The notes under the pieces: model-generated
Told to the model about the DNA's origin: nothing
What the model saw: the letters and a program-made list of their open reading frames with translations, nothing else
Databases searched by the model: none
Made by a program: the position numbers and the translations under genes
Virus record (IMG/VR): IMGVR_UViG_3300038313_000071
Coordinates: 1-26,307 of that record
DNA from: a virus
Taxonomy: Duplodnaviria > Caudoviricetes
DNA: 26,307 nucleotides
Direction: 5' to 3' (one strand)
Shown here: in pieces, positions 6,851 through 16,125 of the stretch
Layout of the letters: each line of letters opens with the position of its first letter
Numbering within the stretch: the stretch's first letter is position 1

Positions 6851-9800
6851 GAAACTGCAGATTGTTATATCAGCAAAAACAGAGCAGGTCAGGGAAAAAA
6901 TCGACAAGCTGAAAAAGTCTATTGCCAACATTCAGCCAAAGAAAATGCCAGAAGTAAATGTGTCAACTACTCCTGCACAAGGCAGCCTGAAAAAGCTGCA
7001 GTCTGAAGTTGAGCGGACACAGGCAAAAATCAGCAAGCTCAATGAAAAGATGAATAGTGCGTTTGCACAGCAGGATGTAATCGCTGAAAAATATAAGGGC
7101 CTTCCAAATATTACGGGCATGAGTAAAGACCAATCCTATGATTACATGGTTGGCCAAGACCCGCAGATGCAGGCACTTAATACGCAGCTTGACGCCCTTG
7201 ACGCAAAGATGGCACCGCTCAAAGAACACCTTGCGCAGACAAAAGCACAGATGTCAGAAGTGGGAAAGGCTGCATCTTCGGCGGCGCCCAAAACGGAAAA
7301 GCTGGGAAGAGCTGCAAGGACAGCTGGTACTCATTTGCAGAAGGCCGGGCGCAGCAGTGGATTTTTTGGCCGGGTGGTTAAGTCCACAATGCTAAGTATG
7401 GCGATATATGCTGGAGTGTCCTTTGTAACCAAGTCTATTGCAGAGGGATTCCAGAATATGGCGCTGGCAAGCGGACAGGCCAATGCAGCAATGTCCGCTT
7501 TGGCAACCAACGGGCTTTATCTGAAAAACAGTTTTGCATCGGCTGTATATCCAATCGTGCAGGCGCTTACACCTGCCTTTACAGCCTTGAGTAATGCAAT
7601 TGCGGACGTACTGCAGAAAATAGGCATGTTCTTTGCCGCCCTGAATGGGCAGAAGACTGTCACTGTGGCGAAAAGAGCACAGGTGGATTATGCGGAGACC
7701 ATCACTCAATCCGGAAATAATGCGCTTCAGGCGCAGCAGAAGCAGCAGGCAGCCGCAGAAAAGGCCGCGGCAGCACAGGAAAAAGCAGCCGCAAGAGCAG
7801 GAAAGGCACAGGAAAAAGCTGCTGCCGCTGCCGCAAAAGCGGAAAAGATAGCGGCAGAGAAAACAGCGGCATCACAAGAGAAAGCGGCTAAACAGCAGAC
7901 TGCCGCAGAAGCGCGCGTACAGAAAGCAGTTGAAAATCACCAGAAAAAGGTTGACGCGCTCAAAAAGTCTATTATGTCGTTTGATGAACTCAACATTTTG
8001 GGGGATACAAAAGATACGTGGACGGCGCCAACTGTGCCAAATTATGAAGCGACTACATACAATCCAGCAGAAACAGCAGCCGCTTCCGTTCCAACTTATA
8101 CTTATACGGCTCCGGCGGCTGCATCTGCGGTGAAATGGAACGGGATGCCGTCACCAACGGATATGTTTCAGCAAAAACCCATTCCCTCGAAAATAGCTGA
8201 TTTGGCAAACAAGATTAAGCAAATTTTAACTGATTTAAAAATGTTTTTAATTCCCGGAATGCTTTTAGTACTCGGTACGATTCTTTGCCTTACGGGTCAC
8301 CCAGCTATCGGGATTGGAATGATTATAGCCGGAGTGGCAGGAATGGCATATGAAGTGGCTGTGCACTGGGGCACGATGTCCGCAAAGGTAAAGATGGAGC
8401 TTGCTGCCATGCTGGGGTTCATTGGGCTTGGAATGCTCGCAGCCGGCCTTATTATGATGCTTGCGTGTCCTGCAAAGCTTGGACTTGGTCTCTTTTTATT
8501 TATTACCGGAGCCGCTATCACAGCTGCCGCCTATGCGATTGCTTGGGGAGCATCTTCTGACAAGGTAAAGATGCAGCTTAACATGATTATGGCATCCGCT
8601 GTGGCCGCACTTTTGGCTCTTGGAATTATTATCACTTTAGCTTGTCCGGCAAAGATGGGATTAGGGATTGCCATGATAGCCGCGGGAGCAATTGGATTGG
8701 TGGCTCTGGTAGCATTAAACTCCAAATATGCAAGCAGTCAGGTCAAATCTCAGCTCACGACGATTATGGCGATATGCGGTGCGGCCATGCTTGCCTTAGG
8801 TATCATTCTTACTTTAGCCTGTCCGGGTGCGCGTGCATTAGGAATCGGCCTGATTGTAGCCGGTGCAGCCTCCCTTGCGGGAGCAGTTGCGGTAAACTGG
8901 GGCAGCCTAAAAGGCATAATTAAAAGAGTTTTAGCCGACATTATGTCTATTATAGGTGCTGCAAGTGCTGCAATTGGTTTGATTTTGTGTCTTACAGGTG
9001 TAGGCATACCTCTCGGCATTGGACTGATTTTGGCAGGCATGGCTTTGACACATAAGGCTGTATCCATTAGTAAAACACCTATTACAGACTGGGCGAAAGG
9101 CGCGGTCAATGGTATCATCGAAATTTTTGAATCTGGCGTCAACTTTATTATATCCATGCTGAACCATCTGCATTGGGATATTCCTGATTGGGTACCGCTG
9201 GTGGGCGGAAAATCATTTGGATTTGCTATTTCGCCGATTCACATCTCGCGTTTGGCAAACGGCGGTTTGGTAACCAAATCAACCCTTGCAAACATTGGTG
9301 AGGGTGAGTACCAGGAAGCTGTGCTGCCACTGTCAGATGACGTCTATGCCAAAATTGCGCAGGGCATCATCAAGAACGTAAAAGATAGAAAGGACGCACA
9401 AATTTCAACCGGTATTGTATCCATTCAAAGTAAGGTGGATGAGAGTTCATTTCAGTCCACCGAGCAGGCGGCTGCCGGATTGACTGAAAACTTATGGGCA
9501 TCGGCAGATACCCGCAAAAAAGTTGTGTCGGATGAAACGGATTACGCATCTAAAAAGTATCAATCTGTCACGGCTAGTTTGTCCACGTCTGTGCCAGCAT
9601 TTTTAAGCAATATGACGGGACAGACGCAGGGGACGTCAAAGGCCATCCAGAATGATACCACCAGCAAATGGAACAGCATTTACACGTTTCTGTCCGGCAA
9701 GTTCAGCGGTATTTCCACGTCTGCAAAAACAAGTTTCACGGCTGTGAAGAACTATGAGCGAACCAATTTTGCGCAGGCGCAGCAGGATGTACAGACAAAG

Positions 9801-11606
9801 TCCGCAAGTATGTGCAGCACCGCTTCCGAAAAGTTTAGGTCTATAGCGAATAACGCAAATACCTATTTCGGACGGGTCAAATCTTCCGCACAGTCCTATA
9901 TGAGCGGCACTTATTCAGTGGTGGACAGCAATTCGCGCAAAACTGCGAACAGCGTATCCACCAACATTGGCGGCGCCATCAACGGCGTTGTAACAGGAAT
10001 CAATGCAGTATTGTCTGCGGTTGGCAGCAGCAAAAGTGTACCGCGGGTTGCCATTGCACATTATGCTTATGGCACTGGTTTTCATCCCGGCGGTCCGGCA
10101 CTTGTGAACGACCAGCAGGGGAGCACCTACCGTGAGGCAGTGCAGTACCCGGATGGGAGAACTTTTATCCCGCAGGGCAGAAATGTTTACATCCCGAATC
10201 TGCCGCGTGGCTCCGCAGTAATGCCCGCAGCGCTGACAGCCAAAACATTCAAGTACGCTTCCGGTGTCGGGCAGTTCTTTGGCACCTCTGCAGAAGATAT
10301 GCAGAAGCAGCTTGTAGACTACATCTTTGCAGTGAAAGACCCACAGAAGATATTGCAAACTGCCGTTGATGCATCTACCACAAAACGGCCAATCAATGAA
10401 CCGTGGATGTCCATGGAAACAGGTGTTGTGAAATACCTTACCCACATGTCCGCGGATGCACTAAAAGGGCTGATTCAAAAGTTCATTGAGCAAAGCAACG
10501 GCACTGTGGAAGCGCTGCTGCGTGTGGCGTCCTCACAGGTTGGGAATACAAATCCTGCCGCATATTGGAACTTTGCAGGTATGCAGGGCGCTTGGTGCGA
10601 TATGTTTGTCAGCTGGTGCTTAAAGCACGCGGGTATCAAAGAGGGCTACGGCTCTTATGTGCCGGGCACCATGGACTGGTACAAGCAGCGCAACCGCTGG
10701 ACTGATATCCCAAGCCCCGGCAGTCTGATATTCTATGACTGGAACAACGACCGGACGCCCGACCATATCGGCATTGTGGAATCTATTGCTGACGGCCTTG
10801 TGAACACCATCGAGGGCAATACAACCGGCCCCGGTGGTGGAACTGGCGTATACCGGAAGCAGCGGCACGAGGGCAGCTCTATTTTGGGATATGCCATCCC
10901 GATGTTTACTGGCGGTGCAGGATATGGTGCTAACTTTACCGGTTCCGGTGTGGAACGTTGGCGCTCTTTGGCTACAAAAGCATTGCAAATGACCGGGCAT
11001 TATTCCGCGCACAATGTAGACTTGTTGTTGGCACAGATGAACACAGAGTCCAGTGGACAGGTAAACCCAGCAGACTACAAGGACGTGAACTATTTTGCAG
11101 GGCATCCGTCTAAAGGATTGATGCAGGTTATTCCGGAAACATTTGCGTCTTACGCAATGCCCGGGTACAACACAAACATCCTTGACCCGCTTAGCAATAT
11201 TCTTGCTGCTATTCGCTATACATGGAGTCGCTACGGTGGCGCTGAAGGCGTATGGGGACAGGGGCATGGTTATGCAAACGGCGTTGGCAGTCTCAAATGG
11301 GGCGGTTGGAAGGCAAAAGGCGGTGTGTTTACCGCTCCGACGATTGTCGGACTGGGTGACGACGGGGATGAAGCCGCCCTGCCGCTGAATGAGGAAACAT
11401 ATTCACGGATTGCAGACGGAATAGAACGGAATCAAGACAGCTCTGGCCGGGGCATTTCTCTGGTGCTGAACAGAATGGACAAGTTGGAGGAAGCAATTCG
11501 GCACATGAGCATCGCCCTGTACACGGACGACCGCACCATTGCTGAATCGGCCAACAGAGGGAATACACAAATCAGTAAACGCTATCACAGAATAGTCCCC
11601 AGATAA
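6840..11606 (+). CDS. Tape measure protein with membrane repeats, a CHAP domain and an SLT lytic transglycosylase domain
   Basis: GTG 6840 follows GGAGG (VTVEKLQIVISA). FDELN motif and hydrophobic repeats. CHAP: AWCDMFVSWC...PDHIGIVE...TIEGNT. SLT: ESSG...GHPSKGLMQVIPETF...DPLSNILAAIRY. Confidence 0.92.
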   Translation: MTVEKLQIVISAKTEQVREKIDKLKKSIANIQPKKMPEVNVSTTPAQGSLKKLQSEVERTQAKISKLNEKMNSAFAQQDVIAEKYKGLPNITGMSKDQSYDYMVGQDPQMQALNTQLDALDAKMAPLKEHLAQTKAQMSEVGKAASSAAPKTEKLGRAARTAGTHLQKAGRSSGFFGRVVKSTMLSMAIYAGVSFVTKSIAEGFQNMALASGQANAAMSALATNGLYLKNSFASAVYPIVQALTPAFTALSNAIADVLQKIGMFFAALNGQKTVTVAKRAQVDYAETITQSGNNALQAQQKQQAAAEKAAAAQEKAAARAGKAQEKAAAAAAKAEKIAAEKTAASQEKAAKQQTAAEARVQKAVENHQKKVDALKKSIMSFDELNILGDTKDTWTAPTVPNYEATTYNPAETAAASVPTYTYTAPAAASAVKWNGMPSPTDMFQQKPIPSKIADLANKIKQILTDLKMFLIPGMLLVLGTILCLTGHPAIGIGMIIAGVAGMAYEVAVHWGTMSAKVKMELAAMLGFIGLGMLAAGLIMMLACPAKLGLGLFLFITGAAITAAAYAIAWGASSDKVKMQLNMIMASAVAALLALGIIITLACPAKMGLGIAMIAAGAIGLVALVALNSKYASSQVKSQLTTIMAICGAAMLALGIILTLACPGARALGIGLIVAGAASLAGAVAVNWGSLKGIIKRVLADIMSIIGAASAAIGLILCLTGVGIPLGIGLILAGMALTHKAVSISKTPITDWAKGAVNGIIEIFESGVNFIISMLNHLHWDIPDWVPLVGGKSFGFAISPIHISRLANGGLVTKSTLANIGEGEYQEAVLPLSDDVYAKIAQGIIKNVKDRKDAQISTGIVSIQSKVDESSFQSTEQAAAGLTENLWASADTRKKVVSDETDYASKKYQSVTASLSTSVPAFLSNMTGQTQGTSKAIQNDTTSKWNSIYTFLSGKFSGISTSAKTSFTAVKNYERTNFAQAQQDVQTKSASMCSTASEKFRSIANNANTYFGRVKSSAQSYMSGTYSVVDSNSRKTANSVSTNIGGAINGVVTGINAVLSAVGSSKSVPRVAIAHYAYGTGFHPGGPALVNDQQGSTYREAVQYPDGRTFIPQGRNVYIPNLPRGSAVMPAALTAKTFKYASGVGQFFGTSAEDMQKQLVDYIFAVKDPQKILQTAVDASTTKRPINEPWMSMETGVVKYLTHMSADALKGLIQKFIEQSNGTVEALLRVASSQVGNTNPAAYWNFAGMQGAWCDMFVSWCLKHAGIKEGYGSYVPGTMDWYKQRNRWTDIPSPGSLIFYDWNNDRTPDHIGIVESIADGLVNTIEGNTTGPGGGTGVYRKQRHEGSSILGYAIPMFTGGAGYGANFTGSGVERWRSLATKALQMTGHYSAHNVDLLLAQMNTESSGQVNPADYKDVNYFAGHPSKGLMQVIPETFASYAMPGYNTNILDPLSNILAAIRYTWSRYGGAEGVWGQGHGYANGVGSLKWGGWKAKGGVFTAPTIVGLGDDGDEAALPLNEETYSRIADGIERNQDSSGRGISLVLNRMDKLEEAIRHMSIALYTDDRTIAESANRGNTQISKRYHRIVPR

Positions 11607-11642
11607 AAAAGAAGCAGGCGGCTTGAAAACCGTCTGCTTTTT
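11606..11642. terminator. Bidirectional intrinsic terminator
   Basis: AAAAAG-AAGCAGGCGG CTTGAAAA CCGTCTGCTT-TTT: an A-run before the stem and a T-run after it. Confidence 0.8.
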
Positions 11643-11659
11643 ACTATGCACGAAAATGA

Positions 11660-11749
11660 TTACTTCGAAATATTTGCAGAAAATGTAGCTACTTTGTTTA
11701 GCGGATTAATATCTATTTTTGTACTATTGTTGTCTAACCCATAGGCCAT
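11660..11749 (-). other. 29-codon antisense ORF (MAYGLDNNSTKIDINPLNKVATFSANISK): possible moron remnant or small peptide
   Basis: AT-rich. Lies between a minus-strand promoter and the bidirectional terminator. Its ATG lacks a well-placed RBS. Confidence 0.3.
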
Positions 11750-11801
11750 CGAAGCATTTTCATTCTTATTCTTCCTTCCTTAACCTGCTAAATCCTCCTA
11801 C

Positions 11802-11830
11802 AGTTTATCATATAAGAAAAAATATGTCAA
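11802..11830 (-). promoter_or_regulatory. Sigma-A-type promoter on the minus strand
   Basis: Minus strand reads TTGACA-17 nt-TAAACT with a TGn extended -10, followed by AGGAGG. Confidence 0.75.
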
Positions 11831-11834
11831 GAAT

Positions 11835-11860
11835 TGCTGCGCTTCGGCGTGGCATTTTTA
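11835..11860 (+). terminator. UUCG-capped hairpin with a U-tract upstream of the Dit gene
   Basis: TGCTGCGC TTCG GCGTGGCA TTTTT. Confidence 0.55.
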
Positions 11861-11878
11861 TACTTTGAGGGTGATGCT

Positions 11879-12241
11879 ATGCTACAAATTTTGAAAGTAA
11901 ATGATACGGTGCTGCAGACTCCGGCAAACGTTAAATGGGCTCTGCAAGACATTTCCAGCTCAAATTCCGGCCGCACACTTGACGGCGTAATGCACAAAGA
12001 CCGTATAGCTCAAAAAGTCAAATTGTCGTGTTCATGGTCTGCAATGCCGTTTTCGGACGCATCAACGCTGTTAAGAAACGTAAATTCACAGATAACTTTT
12101 AACCTCACGTATTTTGATGTCATGCAGAACGGCATTCGCACGGCAAGGTTTTATGTCGGCGACCGCACGGCAGCATATCTGTGGGTCTGGGACGATGACG
12201 GCTATGTAAAAGATGTTTCCTTTAATTTTATTGAAGTGTAG
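11879..12241 (+). CDS. Distal tail (Dit-like, DUF6711-type) protein
   Basis: Follows the tape measure gene. SGRT.DG.MHKDRI..K.KL...W and FYVGDR motifs. GAGGGTG RBS before ATG 11879. Confidence 0.8.
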   Translation: MLQILKVNDTVLQTPANVKWALQDISSSNSGRTLDGVMHKDRIAQKVKLSCSWSAMPFSDASTLLRNVNSQITFNLTYFDVMQNGIRTARFYVGDRTAAYLWVWDDDGYVKDVSFNFIEV

Positions 12242-12251
12242 GTGAAAAACA

Positions 12252-15176
12252 TTGATTCAGACAAGCACGGCGTACCAGCGGAAAATAGCCCTTGACGGGC
12301 GCAGGCAGAAAGTCAGCCTACTTGTCGTGCTGCGCAACAGCTATACTTATTCATTCTCGAATGAGGACGTCATGGAAGGCGGGATATCGCTTTCAGACGG
12401 CACAAGCGAGCAGAATTCGCTTAGTGTCGGTTCGTTCATAAGTAGATGCCTGACGGTCAAGCTGTATAACTTTGACGGCAGGCTCGCTGAAAGCCAGTTT
12501 GAGGGCTCAACTGTTTCCATTAAAGTCGGGCTTGTTATGGAAGATGCAACAGAAGATTCCGCGGAAAAAGTTGAATGGGTGTACCCCGGCACTTTTTACA
12601 CAGGCGAGCACGCGGAGAGCGGCGGCATCATAACGCTGACGGCGTATGACAAGTCGGTGAAATTTGACCGGAAATACAACAGTGCACTGCAGTATCCGGC
12701 AACACTTTACCAGATACTGTGGGACGCCTGTAAAAGCTGCGGTGTTGAGCTTGCGAATGTGTACTTTGCCAACATGGATTATGTAGTGACGTCAAGACCT
12801 TCAGACAGTGCCACCACTTACGCGGGCATTGTTTCTTATGCCGCGCAACTTGCCGGCTGCTGGGCGCGGATAAATAGTCAGGGACAGCTTGTGCTTGGCT
12901 GGTATGACACGGACGAATTCTATTCAGAATCTGGGAACACGGTGGACGGCGGCAGCTTTAGCGATTACTCGCAGGCAGACGCCTTAGACGGCGACAAGTT
13001 TTACCCGGAAAGCGAGGCTGTGGACGGTGGGACGCTGCTGGATTGCCCGGAGAGGGATTCTGCCGACGGCGGCAGCTTTAGCGATTACTCGCAGGCAGAG
13101 ATGCTCAATGGCGGCGACTTTTTCGACTACGGGCGTCAGACTGAGGACGCCGTAACCGGTGGTGTATTCCGCCAAGGATTGTCAACGCCGGTAACAATTT
13201 CTTCCCTTGCCTCCTGCACGGTGCCTACGGAAGACGTGCGCATAACCGGCGTGGCAATAATTCCAAAAGATGACAAGGCAGCACCTGTAATGCAAGGCAC
13301 TGATGATTATGTCATATCCATAAAAGATAATCCCCTCGCGCAGGGCAGCCTTGGGCGGCTTCTCGACGGGATAGCAAAGCAGCTTGTTGATTTCCAGTTC
13401 CGGCCGATGGAAGTGTCGGCGTGGGATAATCCGAGCATTGAAGCGGGCGATGTGGCATACCTGACCGACCCGAAAGGAAACCGCTACAAAACGATTATCA
13501 GCAACCTTACATATGAATTCGGCAATTATGAAAAGTTTTCAGCCGACGCAGAATCAAAAAGCGACAATCAGGCGTCGCTGCACAGCAATTCTGAAAAATC
13601 CACGGCAGCGCTCAGGGCAGACACGGGGAAAGCGATAGACGGAACGAATGGAAAAGTCGACAGCCTCGCATCAAACACGGCCGCTTCCGTATCATCAATC
13701 AACGGTAATATAAACCTGCTGCAGGCAAATAAAGTCGATACAGACTTCCTACAGGCAAATTACCTTACCGCAAATGACATAAAGGCGGATTACGCAACGG
13801 TTAACAGCCTTACGGCAGCTACGGCACGCATATCGACGCTTGAAGTTAGCAGCGTTACGACAGATTACCTGAAAACAAATTACATGGCTGCCAACGACAT
13901 CGAGTCCACATACGCAACGGTTGAAAATCTCAATGCGACAAACGCGCGGATAGACAGCATCACTGCTTCTATGGTGACGGCAGAATACATTAAAGCACAT
14001 TATGCCGATATCAATTTAGCAAACATCGCGTCCGGCACAATAAAAACAGCAATGATTGATACTGGAGCTGTAGGCACGGCGCAGATAGCGGACGGCAGCA
14101 TTACAGATGCTAAAATCGTTGAGCTGACGGCGGACAAAGTCACAGCAGGCACGCTGAGTGTAGAGCGCCTTGTCATAACCGGCAGCGACAAATCAATAGT
14201 GTACGCCATAAACGACGCGAACGGCACGGCGCAACTAAGCCAGACGACGGTTGACGGCGGGAGCCTGACCCAGCGGAGCATTACCGCCGACCGCATTGTC
14301 GCCGGTGCAATTACTGCTGACGAGATCGCGGCTCACACGATCACCGCTAACGAGCTTGCGGTCGGGACAATAACAGCAGAAAGCGGTGTCATTGGAAGCA
14401 TAGATGCCAGCAAAATTACCACAGGCACGATAAGTGCAGACAGGATTGACACAACGAATCTAAAAGCACAAAGAATATATAGCACAGACAGTAACATATA
14501 TGCAAAAATTGGCACTGTATCATTTGAAGATCAGCTCGAAGTCAGAAGCGGTTCCGGCATAACTATTTATAGCGGAAGCAAATATCATGGCGGCGTGTTA
14601 TCAACGTTCGACAGCGACTATGACTGGATAACAATGTCTGACGCTTCCGGGAAAAACTGTATTAGTCTTGGGCAAAGCGCAATTACAACGGCTTCACCGT
14701 CCAATACACTCTATATATCAAGTGGAATTAATAGCATTTTTATGATGAACAATGGCAGAAGTGGTGACGGAATATTAATTGGGAGTTCTGGCCTCACTTT
14801 ATCGATTCAACCAAACGGGATATACCGTGGTGCTGAAGACTGGGACGATGGCACTACAGACTTCCATTATCATAAATACGATGATGGTACGCTTATTTGG
14901 TGGGGATATTCCGGGGGTAACTACGTTGATGTATCAACCGCTTATGGTAGCACATTTTGGAAAAAAGGATGGACGCTCACCACGTTCACTGCCTCACCAG
15001 CATTTGTCGGCAATAGATACACTAGCGTAACAATTACTTCCGGTGGGCTTTTAACCGCGCTTAATGAGAGAGTCGGTAGTGACGGCAAGACCTTGATATT
15101 CGACATCCAAAGCCCACTGAAAGTAACCAACATAATATTTGGATTTTCTTATTTGATTGTGGGACGCTGGAAATAA
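12252..15176 (+). CDS. Tail spike / baseplate hub-receptor-binding protein with a gp53-like C-terminal domain
   Basis: N-terminal hub-like motifs (LTAYD, YPATL, G.P.IEAGD-like), DGG repeats, 40-aa coiled repeats and ITAD.I..G repeats. C-terminal KYDDGTLIWWG...GRWK. Confidence 0.8.
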   Translation: MIQTSTAYQRKIALDGRRQKVSLLVVLRNSYTYSFSNEDVMEGGISLSDGTSEQNSLSVGSFISRCLTVKLYNFDGRLAESQFEGSTVSIKVGLVMEDATEDSAEKVEWVYPGTFYTGEHAESGGIITLTAYDKSVKFDRKYNSALQYPATLYQILWDACKSCGVELANVYFANMDYVVTSRPSDSATTYAGIVSYAAQLAGCWARINSQGQLVLGWYDTDEFYSESGNTVDGGSFSDYSQADALDGDKFYPESEAVDGGTLLDCPERDSADGGSFSDYSQAEMLNGGDFFDYGRQTEDAVTGGVFRQGLSTPVTISSLASCTVPTEDVRITGVAIIPKDDKAAPVMQGTDDYVISIKDNPLAQGSLGRLLDGIAKQLVDFQFRPMEVSAWDNPSIEAGDVAYLTDPKGNRYKTIISNLTYEFGNYEKFSADAESKSDNQASLHSNSEKSTAALRADTGKAIDGTNGKVDSLASNTAASVSSINGNINLLQANKVDTDFLQANYLTANDIKADYATVNSLTAATARISTLEVSSVTTDYLKTNYMAANDIESTYATVENLNATNARIDSITASMVTAEYIKAHYADINLANIASGTIKTAMIDTGAVGTAQIADGSITDAKIVELTADKVTAGTLSVERLVITGSDKSIVYAINDANGTAQLSQTTVDGGSLTQRSITADRIVAGAITADEIAAHTITANELAVGTITAESGVIGSIDASKITTGTISADRIDTTNLKAQRIYSTDSNIYAKIGTVSFEDQLEVRSGSGITIYSGSKYHGGVLSTFDSDYDWITMSDASGKNCISLGQSAITTASPSNTLYISSGINSIFMMNNGRSGDGILIGSSGLTLSIQPNGIYRGAEDWDDGTTDFHYHKYDDGTLIWWGYSGGNYVDVSTAYGSTFWKKGWTLTTFTASPAFVGNRYTSVTITSGGLLTALNERVGSDGKTLIFDIQSPLKVTNIIFGFSYLIVGRWK
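12945..13099 (+). repeat. Exact 35-bp direct repeat (12945-12979 and 13065-13099) inside the acidic DGG-repeat region
   Basis: GACGGCGGCAGCTTTAGCGATTACTCGCAGGCAGA occurs twice, 120 bp apart. Confidence 0.95.
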
Positions 15177-15722
15177 TTAAGGGAGGCTATTAAAATGGCG
15201 GTTACACAGGAAAAGATACTTATCCGGAGAGGAAATAAAAGTGATTTGGTTGTTGGCAACTTGCAACCGGGCGAGCCGGTGCTGTGCCTCGATACTGACG
15301 AGGCGGGCATTAAAACGTCTGGCGGCAGTATGCTTTGGGCGCCGATGCTGGTTGCAAAGGACGACAGCATCGGAAATACGCATTACGAAAAGTATGCCGA
15401 TGGCCGTGTACATGAGTGGGGCACCTATGAAAAGGATATTGCCTACACAGTGAAATACGGTGAAACAATGTGGTTCCATTCGGACACGAACGACACGTCG
15501 GTTGTACTGCCGGTACAAATTGACACATCGAAATCTTACGTGCCAAATGTGTCATTCGCCACATCCGGGATTGTTTGGTGCGCAAACACTACAGTGCAGA
15601 ATACGTCTTCGGGCGGCAATACTGTCTCGACACTATATTACCGCACTGTTTCCGGTTCACGGCAAGCCGATTTGCCGGTAGAAATTCACTGGGACATATG
15701 GGGCTTTTGGAAATAATTAAGG
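15168..15722 (+). repeat. 15-bp direct repeat TGGAAATAATTAAGG at the ends of both tail spike/fibre genes (15168-15182, 15708-15722)
   Basis: Identical sequence covering Trp-Lys-stop, the spacer and the start of the RBS. Confidence 0.9.
15195..15716 (+). CDS. Short tail fibre: Mtd_N/hyaluronidase-N-like anchor plus gp53-like C-terminal domain
   Basis: ILIRRG....L..GEP....DT anchor motif, then HYEKYADGRVHEWG...GFWK. Confidence 0.7.
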   Translation: MAVTQEKILIRRGNKSDLVVGNLQPGEPVLCLDTDEAGIKTSGGSMLWAPMLVAKDDSIGNTHYEKYADGRVHEWGTYEKDIAYTVKYGETMWFHSDTNDTSVVLPVQIDTSKSYVPNVSFATSGIVWCANTTVQNTSSGGNTVSTLYYRTVSGSRQADLPVEIHWDIWGFWK

Positions 15723-15735
15723 AGGGCATTACATA

Positions 15736-16125
15736 ATGGGAATCGCAAACCGCAGGCTTGTTGAAAACATCGACATCATGCACCAGGTTGCGCAGAAGCA
15801 GCTGCCAGTGAAAGTATCTTACGCGCTTTCGTACAATATCGATAAGGCCGAATCAGCACTGAAAATCTATGAGAAAGAGCGGAGGAAGCTCCTTGAAAAA
15901 TACTGTGAGAAAGATAAGGGCGGAAACCTTGCAGTCGGAAGCGATGGACGGTCTGCAAAGTTTAAGGACGGAGACGCCAAGGAAAGCTTTAAAAAAGACA
16001 TTGAACTGCTGCTTGACATTGAAGCGGACATAAGCATAAGGAAAATTAAGCTCACCGACCTTGCGGGGACTAACTTTTCCGCGGCGGAAATAAGTGCAAT
16101 CAGTGATATGATTGATGAAAAATAG
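15736..16125 (+). CDS. Conserved phage protein (DUF1617-like)
   Basis: LPVKVSYAL..N......YEKER.KL.EKY.EKD..G pattern. Lies between the tail fibre and lysis genes. Confidence 0.65.
   Translation: MGIANRRLVENIDIMHQVAQKQLPVKVSYALSYNIDKAESALKIYEKERRKLLEKYCEKDKGGNLAVGSDGRSAKFKDGDAKESFKKDIELLLDIEADISIRKIKLTDLAGTNFSAAEISAISDMIDEK

Noticed and set aside
12945-13099. 35-bp repeat as a CRISPR array
   Set aside because: Only two copies, in frame inside a CDS, with an 85-bp gap and no cas genes.
12252-15716. Diversity-generating retroelement suggested by the Mtd_N-like anchor
   Set aside because: No reverse transcriptase is visible, and I found no ~100-bp TR/VR pair differing only at adenines. The two tip domains differ at all base types.
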